From NCBI GenBank assembly GCA_963843145.1, contig CAWJJC010000020.1, positions 672,001 through 736,000 of the forward strand: a stretch of DNA of 64,000 nucleotides. Direction: 5' to 3'. The position numbers and the translations under genes are program-made. The notes under the pieces were generated by a model, which ran no database searches, was not told the DNA's origin, and worked only from the letters and a program-made list of their open reading frames with translations. Below are positions 1 to 9,389 of the stretch, in pieces. This stretch comes from an uncultured delta proteobacterium. GTDB lineage: Bacteria > Desulfobacterota > RBG-13-43-22. Numbering within the stretch: the first letter of the stretch is position 1; each line of letters begins with the position of its first letter.

Positions 1-1
1 G

Positions 2-697
2 AGCGACTGGCGCGGCGAGTTACTGCGCCACGACAAGCGTTGGCAGTACGGGGCGCCCCCTGCCGGGAATGCCAACTTCGCCTGGGTGCAACACATGATC
101 TACCACCTCGCATCCACCGGTGTGGCGGGCTTTGTACTGGCCAATGGGTCCATGTCATCCAATCAATCCGGCGAAGGGGAGATCCGTAAAAACATCATAG
201 AAGCTAACCTGGTAGACTGCATGATCGCCTTGCCGGGACAACTCTTTTACTCCACGCAAATTCCCGCCTGCCTCTGGTTCCTGGCCCGCGACAGGAAGAA
301 CGGAAAATTCCGTGACCGTCGGGGCCAGGTACTTTTTGTCGATTCCCGGAAGCTCGGCCGGATGGTGGACCGGACCCACCGCGAGCTGACCGGCCAGGAC
401 ATCGCCCGCATCGCCGGGACCTATCACGCCTGGCGCGGCGAGAAGGATGCTGGTGATTACCAGGATGTGCCGGGGTTCTGCAAGAGCGCCACACTTGATG
501 AGATCAGAAAGCACGGCCATGTGCTTACGCCCGGCAGATATGTAGGAGCGGCGGCAGTTGAGGACGATGGGGAGCCTTTTCAGGAGAAGATGACGAGGCT
601 TACAACGACCCTCAGAGACCAGTTTGCTGAATCAGCACGGCTGGATTCTGAAATAAAAAAGAACCTTGCGATGCTCGGTTTCCCGATGGAGCGTTAA
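2..697 (+). CDS. hsdM: Type I RM methyltransferase subunit, C-terminal part (begins before the window)
   Basis: Frame is open from base 2: [56 protein letters not shown] are typical HsdM motifs. Confidence 0.95.
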   Translation, partial: SDWRGELLRHDKRWQYGAPPAGNANFAWVQHMIYHLASTGVAGFVLANGSMSSNQSGEGEIRKNIIEANLVDCMIALPGQLFYSTQIPACLWFLARDRKNGKFRDRRGQVLFVDSRKLGRMVDRTHRELTGQDIARIAGTYHAWRGEKDAGDYQDVPGFCKSATLDEIRKHGHVLTPGRYVGAAAVEDDGEPFQEKMTRLTTTLRDQFAESARLDSEIKKNLAMLGFPMER

Positions 698-701
698 AAG
701 A

Positions 702-1805
702 ATGAAAAAGAATGCCTTATCTGGCAGGTTCCCCCCTGATCTCGATTGGGTAGATCTGATCTCTATTATCGGCAAGGCTAACGCCGTGTTAGCCCGATAT
801 GATGGCCTCCTTCAAGGTATCATCAATCCCGAGATTCTGCTGGCGCCATTAACCCTTCAAGAAGCTGTTCTCTCATCTCGCATCGAAGGGACTCAAGCTT
901 CATTGTCCGAAGTCCTCAAACACGAAGCGGGAGAACGTTTCGAGGAGAGGAAGGAGCAGGATATCCAGGAAATTGTCAATTACCGCAAAGCCCTTGTTTT
1001 TGCAGAGAATCGACTCAAGAAGCGCCCTTTAAGTTTGAATCTTATAAAAGAGATACACACCATTTTACTTGACAGCGTTCGAGGACAGAACAGGGGAAGA
1101 GGAGAATTCAGACGGATTCAAAACTGGATAGGGCCGAAGGGATATCCCATTGAGAAGGCCACTTATGTGCCTCCCAACCCCTCCCAACTGATGACCTATC
1201 TTGATGCCTGGGAGAAGTATATCCACAGCGAAGAAAAGGACCCTCTCGTCCAACTGGCAGTTATCCATGCCCAATTTGAGAGTATCCATCCATTTCTTGA
1301 CGGTAATGGCCGGATTGGACGCATTCTTATACCTCTTTTTCTTGCGGAAAAGGGGATGCTTTCGAGACCCATGTTTTATTTGAGTGCCTATCTGGAGGCA
1401 CATCGCGATCAATATTACGCGGGGCTGCTTGGCATCACTTCCCGGAATGACTGGCAAACCTGGGTAAAATTTTTCCTGCAGGCCATTATAGAACAAGCGG
1501 GGGAGTGTGTTGATAAAGCAACAAAAATTCGAAAGCTTTATGATTCCATGAAGCAAAAGATCGTTGAGGCTACCCGATCCCAATTTGCCCTGGCGACGAT
1601 TGACGCCCTCTTTTACCGGCCCATATTTAAACCGAGGGATTTCCTTGAACAGTCCAAGATTCCAAAACGCACTGCGACAACGATTTTAAGCCAGCTTGAA
1701 GATAAAGGGATTATTAAGGAGATACGCCAGGCGGTCGGCCGTCGCTCTGCGGCCTATGGTTTCACCGATCTGATAGATATTGTGGAAGAAAATCGGTTTG
1801 TGTGA
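702..1805 (+). CDS. Fic family protein (AMPylase) with N-terminal inhibitory helix and probable C-terminal winged helix
   Basis: Canonical HPFLDGNGRIGR motif and SSRIEG inhibitory motif. ATG at 702 follows the hsdM stop. Confidence 0.93.
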   Translation: MKKNALSGRFPPDLDWVDLISIIGKANAVLARYDGLLQGIINPEILLAPLTLQEAVLSSRIEGTQASLSEVLKHEAGERFEERKEQDIQEIVNYRKALVFAENRLKKRPLSLNLIKEIHTILLDSVRGQNRGRGEFRRIQNWIGPKGYPIEKATYVPPNPSQLMTYLDAWEKYIHSEEKDPLVQLAVIHAQFESIHPFLDGNGRIGRILIPLFLAEKGMLSRPMFYLSAYLEAHRDQYYAGLLGITSRNDWQTWVKFFLQAIIEQAGECVDKATKIRKLYDSMKQKIVEATRSQFALATIDALFYRPIFKPRDFLEQSKIPKRTATTILSQLEDKGIIKEIRQAVGRRSAAYGFTDLIDIVEENRFV

Positions 1806-1828
1806 AGTAGACAGCCCGCAACATAATA

Positions 1829-1957
1829 TGTGAGAAGTAATAATCCGTTTACTTCCCACAAAAGGATTTGCGAGAAATATGCTTCCCACAAAAGGAAAAA
1901 AAGGTTGTGCAAGTTGAGATAAACGTGTCCAGAAAATACATTTTCTTAGACACGTTT
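1829..1957. repeat. Cluster of short palindromes and direct repeats between fic and hsdS
   Basis: TGTGAGAAGTAA-N8-TTACTTCCCACA at 1829-1860; CTTCCCACAAAAGGA at 1852 and 1882; AAACGTGTC..GACACGTTT hairpin at 1921-1957. Confidence 0.75.
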
Positions 1958-2051
1958 TGTGAAAGTATCCATGGCGTCGGCATAAACTTGCCAAAAGAAA
2001 TAGCTGCGAAGGTTGGACGTATAGTCTGGGGAAATTCGAAGGAGTTGGGTT

Positions 2052-3371
2052 ATGGGGGGTAGGTGTGCTCCGGTGCGTCTCGGTGATGTTTGCACAAAGA
2101 TCGGGAGTGGCGCGACGCCACGAGGTGGCAGTGATGTCTACTTAGAAACGGGTCCTTATACCTTGATTAGAAGCCAGAATATTTACAACGATAGCTTCCA
2201 CCATAACGGCCTAGTTTATATCGACGAGAAGCAGGCTATTGCCCTTGAGAATGTAGTGGTCCTCGAAGGCGACGTTCTTCTAAACATCACTGGTGATTCC
2301 GTTGCTCGGGTGTGTCAGGTTGATCCAGAGATACTTCCCGCCCGCGTAAACCAGCATGTTGCGATCATTCGACCCGACCCCGAAAAGTTGGACCCGCAAT
2401 TCCTTCGGTACTTTCTCGTTTCTCCTGAATTACAAACCAAGCTACTATCATGGGCAGGCTCTGGGGGAACTAGGAATGCTCTGACCAAGGGGATGATCGA
2501 GTCGTTAGAAGTGCTGGCACCGACAGAAGTCTCTGAACAACAGGCCATCGCCCATATACTCGGCACAATGGACGACAAGATCAAACTGAACCGGCGGATC
2601 AACGAGACGCTAGAGGCTTTGGCACGAACCCTTTTCAAATCCTGGTTCATTGATTTTGACCCCGTCCGCGCCAAAGCCGAAGACCGCGACTCTGGTTTGC
2701 CTAAAGGGATAGCCGACCTCTTTCCTAACAGCCTCGTAGACTCTGAACTAGGCGAAATACCAAAGGGATGGACGGTTGCCCAGCTACCTGAAATCATTGA
2801 TGTCAACCCTTCACGCTCGCTCAGCAAAGGAGAGATCGCTCCTTATCTTGACATGGCCAATATGCCGATTCGGGGACATGCACCTGACGTCGTGATTGAC
2901 CGGCCCTTTGGCTCGGGCATGCGGTTCATAAACGGAGACACCCTCGTCGCTCGGATTACCCCATGTCTTGAGAATGGCAAGACCGCCTATGTTGATTTCT
3001 TGAAGGAGGGCCAAGTCGCCTGGGGTTCGACAGAATATATCGTTATGCGTCCGAAGCCGTCAATTCCAGAGGAGTTCGCTTATTGCCTCGCACGGAGTGA
3101 AGGATTTCGAGAGTTCGCAATCCAAAGCATGACTGGCTCCAGCGGCAGACAACGCGTCCCCGCCGAAACGATGTCCCATTTCCTACTCACCCTGCCATCA
3201 GACCAAGTAGCAAAAAGTTTTGGCTTTTTTGTCCGGTCGCTGTTCTCGCGGGCTAGAGCAGCCAAAGATGAAGCCATCACGCTAGCTACCCTGCGCGATA
3301 TACTGCTGCCCAAACTTATTTCTGGTGAAATACGGGTGAACTCAATAGAAAAAGACAGTAAATCCTTATGA
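2052..3371 (+). CDS. hsdS: Type I RM specificity subunit
   Basis: Two TRDs separated by EQQAIAHILGTMDDKIKLNRRINETLE...LFKSWF and LGEIPKGW; ends LRDILLPKLISGEIRV. Confidence 0.95.
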   Translation: MGGRCAPVRLGDVCTKIGSGATPRGGSDVYLETGPYTLIRSQNIYNDSFHHNGLVYIDEKQAIALENVVVLEGDVLLNITGDSVARVCQVDPEILPARVNQHVAIIRPDPEKLDPQFLRYFLVSPELQTKLLSWAGSGGTRNALTKGMIESLEVLAPTEVSEQQAIAHILGTMDDKIKLNRRINETLEALARTLFKSWFIDFDPVRAKAEDRDSGLPKGIADLFPNSLVDSELGEIPKGWTVAQLPEIIDVNPSRSLSKGEIAPYLDMANMPIRGHAPDVVIDRPFGSGMRFINGDTLVARITPCLENGKTAYVDFLKEGQVAWGSTEYIVMRPKPSIPEEFAYCLARSEGFREFAIQSMTGSSGRQRVPAETMSHFLLTLPSDQVAKSFGFFVRSLFSRARAAKDEAITLATLRDILLPKLISGEIRVNSIEKDSKSL

Positions 3372-4435
3372 AAAATTCCCAAAGTCAGTTTATTCTTCCG
3401 AAAAGCATTGAGCACTATTTAGCTGCACTATCAAAATTGTACGCCCTAGAGGGCGAACGACAAAAACAAGAGATTCTTGTCAACGCTCAGGTTAGAGTGG
3501 TTGAAGAGTGGAGCTGTGATAACTGGTATGGTGGCACGTATGGCCATGCATTATACCTTGCCTTGCCAGAGGGCCTATATCTAGCCACCATAAGGCAGAA
3601 GGAGGATCTCCAAAAACAGATAAAGGACGACATCAACAAGATCCACAACCTCCAGAACGAATTTATCGAAGAAGTTTTTCTTGAAATGTCCTTGCCGGGA
3701 GATCAAGACTGGCGACGTGAATCCGGGCTAATCCAGTTGGGAAAGGTTGTCATTTCTCCGGATACGACAAAGCGGATTTGGGGGGATAACGCCTATCGAG
3801 TATTCTTGAGCCACAAGTCTGAGGTAAAGAAGGAGGCCGGAGAACTTAAAGTGCGATTGAAGATGTTTGGTGTTTCTTGTTTTGTTGCCCACGAAGACAT
3901 AAACCCAACAAAGGAATGGCAAGACGAAATTGAGAATGCACTCAGATCAATGGATGCTTTCATCGCCCTATTGACGGAAGAGTACCATGATAGCCTGTGG
4001 ACAGATCAAGAGGTGGGTTTTGCACTTTGCAAGGGTGTGCCTATAATTGCAGTTCGTCTCGGAAGAGATCCATATGGATTTATCGGGAAGTTCCAGGCCC
4101 TTTCTTGTGACTGGAAAACTGCCCCTCGCGAAATTGTCAAACTTCTCATAAAATATGAACGGATGTTGAATACCTACGTCATAGCGGTTAAGGAGTGTGG
4201 CAGTTTTGATCAAGCAAACCTTCTGGCAGAAATGCTTCCCAATTTAACTGATCTTTCCGAGAAACAGATTCAAAATCTGATTGTAGCATTTAATGAGAAC
4301 AATCAAGTACGAGACTCTTATGGTTTTAATGGCAAAAAGCCTTTTGTATACGGCGAGGGCCTAGTTCCACATCTCAATAGGTTGAGCAGAAGCAGGTATG
4401 AGTTGTCGTCTAGTGGCAAAATTGAGGTCAAATAA
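3368..4435 (+). CDS. TIR-domain protein with uncharacterised N- and C-terminal domains (putative anti-phage effector)
   Basis: VFLSH..., FVAHEDINPTKEWQDEIENAL, and WTDQEVGFA carrying the catalytic Glu. ATGA overlap with the hsdS stop. Confidence 0.88.
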   Translation: MKNSQSQFILPKSIEHYLAALSKLYALEGERQKQEILVNAQVRVVEEWSCDNWYGGTYGHALYLALPEGLYLATIRQKEDLQKQIKDDINKIHNLQNEFIEEVFLEMSLPGDQDWRRESGLIQLGKVVISPDTTKRIWGDNAYRVFLSHKSEVKKEAGELKVRLKMFGVSCFVAHEDINPTKEWQDEIENALRSMDAFIALLTEEYHDSLWTDQEVGFALCKGVPIIAVRLGRDPYGFIGKFQALSCDWKTAPREIVKLLIKYERMLNTYVIAVKECGSFDQANLLAEMLPNLTDLSEKQIQNLIVAFNENNQVRDSYGFNGKKPFVYGEGLVPHLNRLSRSRYELSSSGKIEVK

Positions 4436-4613
4436 TGAGCCCTCTGTCCATCTCCATATTTTTCGCGAGGGGTTTGGGGACAAATGGGCCGTTCCCGCTC
4501 CCCAAGACAAATTCCCAAATGCTGATACAAGTCCTTGGGATACGCTGAATGATTTCATGTTATTCTGTAATATAACCAAACAACCGTTGATACAGAAGGG
4601 GTTATGGACATGA
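4436..4613 (+). pseudogene. C-terminal remnant of the small gene that normally precedes DUF1828/DUF1829 genes (DUF6978-like, from memory)
   Basis: HLHIFREGFGDKWAVP...[19 protein letters not shown] with no plausible start. It begins at the TIR stop and overlaps the next gene's start. Confidence 0.6.
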
Positions 4614-5374
4614 TCGGCGAGGTACAGGAACTGTTGGATCAATACTGGTTATGGCTTAAGGATAAAACCACGCTTCGTAAGGTTAACGATTGGGTTGAAA
4701 TTACCACTCCTTATCTTGACCGGCACAATGACTATATACAGATATATGCAAAGCGGCAGAATGGGGGCATCATTCTTACCGATGACGGATATACGGTTGG
4801 CGACCTGAGGCACTCAGGCTGCGAATTGGAGAGCAAAAAAAGAAAGGATCTCCTCTCAATTACCCTTAACGGTTTTGGTGTGAAACTAGATGGTGATTCG
4901 CTTACGGTCAATGCCTCGAATGATAATTTTTCACTAAAGAAACACAACCTTGTTCAAGCCATGTTGGCTATCAACGATCTCTTCTATCTTTCAACCCCCA
5001 TGGTAGCGAGTCTCTTTCTTGAAGATGTGGCCCTTTGGCTCGATGCCAACGATATCCGTTATACCCCTAAAGTAAAATTCACCGGGAAGAGCGGATACGA
5101 TCATCTTTTTGATTTTGTCATCCCAGCGTCGAGGAGGCAACCTGAGAGGATACTTAAAGCTATCAATAGGCCCAGCAGGGATATGGCGGAAGCTGTAGCC
5201 TTTTCGTGGATAGATACAAAGGAGGTAAGGCCAACGAACTCACGGGCCTACGCTTTCCTGAATGACGTGGAGCATACTGCATCACCATCTGTGTTGGACG
5301 CGATGAGAAATTATGATGTTCATCCGGTTTTATGGAGTGCTCGGCAGGATGTTGTGGAAGATCTTGCGGCCTAA
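4604..5374 (+). CDS. DUF1828 + DUF1829 domain protein
   Basis: [24 protein letters not shown] and [14 protein letters not shown] signatures. Confidence 0.85.
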   Translation: MDMIGEVQELLDQYWLWLKDKTTLRKVNDWVEITTPYLDRHNDYIQIYAKRQNGGIILTDDGYTVGDLRHSGCELESKKRKDLLSITLNGFGVKLDGDSLTVNASNDNFSLKKHNLVQAMLAINDLFYLSTPMVASLFLEDVALWLDANDIRYTPKVKFTGKSGYDHLFDFVIPASRRQPERILKAINRPSRDMAEAVAFSWIDTKEVRPTNSRAYAFLNDVEHTASPSVLDAMRNYDVHPVLWSARQDVVEDLAA

Positions 5375-5496
5375 GCGGGAACTCATGAATGGGCGATCTG
5401 ATCCTGTTGAGTGGGAAGGTGGAGGGACTGGATCAGAAGTTTTTTGAGGAAGGCGGGTTTACGGAGCACTCTTACCGGAAGCGCTGGGAACAGAAA

Positions 5497-8400
5497 ATGA
5501 ATGCATTTACCGAATCCGTTGTCGAAGATGCTGCCCTTGCCTGGCTGGAGAGTCTCGGCTATGTGATTAAACATGGCTTGGAGATCGCCCCCGGCGAACT
5601 TTTCGCCGAGCGTACCGACTACGGCCAAATAGTGATAGGGCAAAGACTACGAGACGCTCTCGCTCGAATTAACCCGCAGCTTCCTGCAGAGGCGGTCAGC
5701 GAAGCCTTCCGCAGGCTGACCCGGCCGGAAGGGCCGGCACTGGAGGCTCGAAACCGGGCCGTCCATCGGATGCTGGTGGATGGGGTAACGGTAGAATATC
5801 GGGATCGTGACGGCTCCATCCGAGGGGCACAGGCGGGGGTGATCGATTTTGACGATCCGGATAACAACGACTGGTTGGTAGTCAATCAGTTTACCGTCAG
5901 CGAGAATAAACATACCCGCCGCCCAGACTTGGTGGTCTTTATCAATGGGCTGCCTCTTGCAATGGTGGAGCTGAAAAACGCCGCTGACGAGAACGCCACC
6001 ATCTGGTCAGCCTTTGACCAGTTTCAAACCTACAAGGCTGAGCTGCCCACCCTTTTCGCCTTCAACGCGCTGCTGGTCGTCTCCGATGGTATCGAGGGTC
6101 GCATCGGCACCTTTACGGCGGGGCGGGAGTGGTTCAAACCCTGGCGGACAATCTCGGGTGAGGCCCTAGCCGATCCTCATCTGCCGGAGTTGCAGATAAT
6201 CATCGAGGGCTTGTTCGAGAAACGCCGTTTTCTCGATTTGATCAGAAATTTCATTGTGTTTGAGGACACGGGCGACGGGTTGTTGGTTAAGAAGATGGCG
6301 GGATACCACCAGTTTCACGCGGTGAATGTGGCTGTAGGGGAGACGCTCCGGGCCGCACGGCTTCAGGCAGTTGGAGGTTGGGGTGAGGAGCATGGCCGGT
6401 ACGAGGCCGGGTTAAAACACGGCGGCACTCGAGGCGATCGGCGGATCGGGGTGGTCTGGCACACCCAGGGGTCCGGCAAGAGTCTGACCATGGCCTTTTA
6501 TGCGGGGCGGGTGATCGGGAACCGGCGATGGAGAACCCGACGCTCGTCGTGCTTACCGACCGCAACGATCTCGACGACCAGCTTTTCGGCACTTTCTCAC
6601 GCTGCCAGGAACTCCTGCGCCAGCCGCCCGGTCCAGGCGGAGAACCGCGCGGACCTTCGAGAGCAAGCTGTCATGTCGACTCCGGCGGGGTGGTCTTCAC
6701 CACGATCCAGAAGTTCTTGCCCGAGGAAAAGGGCGACATGCATCCGGTGCTTTCCGACCGGCGCAACATCGTGGTCATCGCCGACGAGGCCCACCGCAGC
6801 CAATACGACTTCATCGACGGCTTTGCCCGGCACATGCGCGACGCCCTGCCCAACGCCTCGTTCATCGGCTTCACCGGCACGCCGATCGAGCTGACCGACA
6901 AGAACACCCGGGCCGTCTTCGGCGATTACATCAGCATTTACGACATCCAGCGGGCCGTCGAAGACAAGGCCACGGTGCCGATCTACTACGAGAGCCGGCT
7001 GGCCAAGCTGGAGCTGGACGAGTCCGAGAAGCCGACGCATCGACCCGAATTTGAGGAAGTGACCGAAGGCGAGGAGGTCGAGCGCAAGGAGAAGCTCAAG
7101 AGCAAATGGGCGCAGCTTGAAGCCATGGTCGGCGCCGAGAAACGCCTCGAGCTGGTCGCCCAGGACATCGTGGAGCACTTCGAGGAGCGGCTGTCGAGCG
7201 ATGGACGGCAAGGCGATGGTGGTCTGCATGAGCCGGCGCATCTGCGTGGACCTCTACAAGGAGATCGTCGAACTGCGCCCCGACTGGCACGACGAGGACG
7301 ACGACAAAGGCAAGCATGAAGGTCGTCATGACCGGCAACGCCTCGACGGCCCTCGAGTGGCAGCAGCACATCCGCAACAAGCCCCGGCGCGAGGCACTGG
7401 CCAAGCGGTTCAAGAATCCCGACGGACCCGTTCAAGATGGTGATCGTCCGCGACATGTGGCTGACCGGCTTCGACGCCCCGTGCCTGCACACGATGTACG
7501 TGGACAAGCCCATGCGGGGCCACGGGCTGATGCAGGCCATCGCCCGGGTGAACCGCGTCTTCCAGGACAAGCCCGGCGGGCTGGTGGTGGACTACCTCGG
7601 GCTCGCCGCACGAGCTGAAGGCCGCGCTGGCGACCTACACCGAAAGCGGCGGCACGGGGAAGACAGCGATCGACCAGGAAGAAGCGGTCGCAGTGATGCT
7701 GGAGAAACACGAAATCTGCTGCGGCCTGTTCCACGGCTTCGACTGGTCGCAAGTGGGTGACCGGCACGCCCGCCGAGCGACTGGCGCTGCTGCCGGCGGC
7801 CCAGGAGCACATCCTGGCCGCAGGAAGACGGCAAGGACCGGCTGCTTCGCGCCGTGCCGAACTGTCGGAGGCCTTTGCCCTGGCCGTTCCGCACGAGAAA
7901 GCGCTGCGAGATCCGCGACGACGTGGCCTTCTTCCAGGCGGTGAGGGCCGTGCCTGGCAAAGCGCGCGCCGGGCGAGGCGAAAGACCGAAGAGGAACTCG
8001 ATCACGCCGTCCGGCAGATCGTGTCGCGGGCGGTGGCCTCCGAGGGCGTCATCGACATCTTCGCCGCCGCCGGGCTTGAAGAAGCCCGACATCTCGATCC
8101 TCTCCGAGGAGTTCCTGGCCGAGGTCCGGGGCATGCCGCAGCGCAATCTGGCCGTGGAGCTGCTCCGCAAGCTGCTGTACGGACGAGATCGAGACCCGCA
8201 CGAAGCAAGAACTCGTTCAAGCGCAGTCTTTCGCCGAGATGCTGGAGCAGACGATCCGCCGCTACCAGAACCGGGCCATCGAGGCGGCCCAGGTCATCGA
8301 GGAGCTGATCGAGCTGGCCAGGGAGATGCGCGAGGCGAACGCCCGCGGCGAAGCCCTGGGCCTGACCGAAGACGAGTCGCCTTCTACGACGCCCTGGAAA

Positions 8401-8646
8401 CCAACGACAGCGCCGTGAAGGTGCTGGGGGACGAAACCCTCGACCATCGCCCGGGAACTGGTCGAGACGGTCCGCGCCAACGTCACCATCGACTGGACGG
8501 TCCGGGAGAACGTGCGCGCCCAGCTGCGCGTCATGGTCAAGCGTATCCTCCGCAAGTACGGCTATCCCCCCGACAAGCAGGAGAAGGCCACCCAGACGGT
8601 GCTGGAGCAGGCAGAGGTGCTTTCGGCGGAATGGGCGCAGGCATGA
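5497..8646 (+). pseudogene. hsdR: Type I RM restriction subunit, multiply frameshifted after ~6520 (true pseudogene or assembly error)
   Basis: [19 protein letters not shown] nuclease motif, [38 protein letters not shown], and the C-terminal [15 protein letters not shown], spread over alternating frames. TGA at 8644-8646. Confidence 0.9.
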
Positions 8647-8817
8647 AGAGGAGAATGGAAGTCTTAAAAAAACTAACCCAAGCCAAGCTGGCGGAAAAGA
8701 AACTGCAAAGGGGGCGATCTATTTCGTCATTGCCGCCTCGTTATGATAAAGTCTTTTTTGAAGGGATGGGATGGCTGGACAGTCTGGCGGGGAAGCCGTT
8801 TGATCGGAGGGTTCGAT

Positions 8818-9112
8818 ATGAAAACCAGGGAAGAAATTCTTAGCATTCTCCAAGAGCGCAAGCCTGATTTGGTAAAAAAATTCGGCCTGCAAACGGTTGG
8901 CTCTGTTTGGTTCTTTTGCCCGGGGGGATAATAAAGAAGGCAGCGATGTGGATATTCTGGTCGAAGTTCCTCCGACCATTGGTCTCGGATTTGTGGATTT
9001 GGCTGAAGAAATCGAAACGTTTCTGGGAATGCCGGCGGACGTCGTCTCTCGGCGGGCTATCAAGCCCAGACATTGGAACGTAATACAGGAGGATCTGATC
9101 GATGTCGCGTAG
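8818..9112 (+). pseudogene. Minimal nucleotidyltransferase (MNT/MntA-like antitoxin), one frameshift near 8895
   Basis: MKTREEILSILQERKPDLVKKFG joins LFGSFARGDNKEGSDVDILVE (GS-x10-DxD) in another frame. Confidence 0.85.
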
Positions 9113-9359
9113 GTCGTAGACTTTCTGATCGAGGATCTCTGGGAAGCGGTTGAAAAAGTTGAGTTGTTTGGGAAAAATATCTGGATTAGAGGGGCGGAAA
9201 CCCCCGACAAAAAATTAATGGAAAAAGATTATCGGTTTGAGACATAGGATCGTCCACGATTATTTCGACATCGACGTTGAAATAATCTGGCAGATCATTA
9301 AAAAAGATATCCCTCTCTTTAAACAGAATCTTTTCTTGATCCGGGAGTCAAAATTATAA
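9102..9359 (+). pseudogene. HEPN (DUF86/HepT-like) toxin remnant
   Basis: Fragments FLIEDLWEAVEKV and WKKIIGLRHRIVHDYFDIDVEIIWQII (RxxxxH motif). Frameshifts are present and the central helix is missing. Confidence 0.8.
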
Positions 9360-9389
9360 CCAGACCTAACCTTAAAGGCGTCGATCAAT

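Noticed and set aside
1829-1957. Repeats as a mini-CRISPR array or integron attC site
   Set aside because: There are only two 15-bp copies with a 15-bp gap, no cas or intI gene, and no RYYYAAC/GTTRRRY boundaries.
1868-2062. 64-aa ORF between fic and hsdS as a real gene
   Set aside because: It runs through the palindrome cluster with a TTG start. Only its last ~20 codons look meaningful, as an HsdM relic.
3368-4435. TIR gene as Thoeris, CBASS or Pycsar
   Set aside because: No ThsA-type effector, CD-NTase or PycC cyclase is in the window.
5389-5496. 36-aa N-terminal extension of HsdR in the ORF track
   Set aside because: HsdR-like sequence begins at [10 protein letters not shown] (5497). The extension has no support.
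6520-8646. Programmed frameshifting or phase variation in hsdR
   Set aside because: There are too many shifts, and they are not at long homopolymers or simple repeats.
8643-8843. Short ORF with KKLTQAKLAEK, resembling an XRE helix-turn-helix start
   Set aside because: The match is too short and the rest of the HTH is absent.
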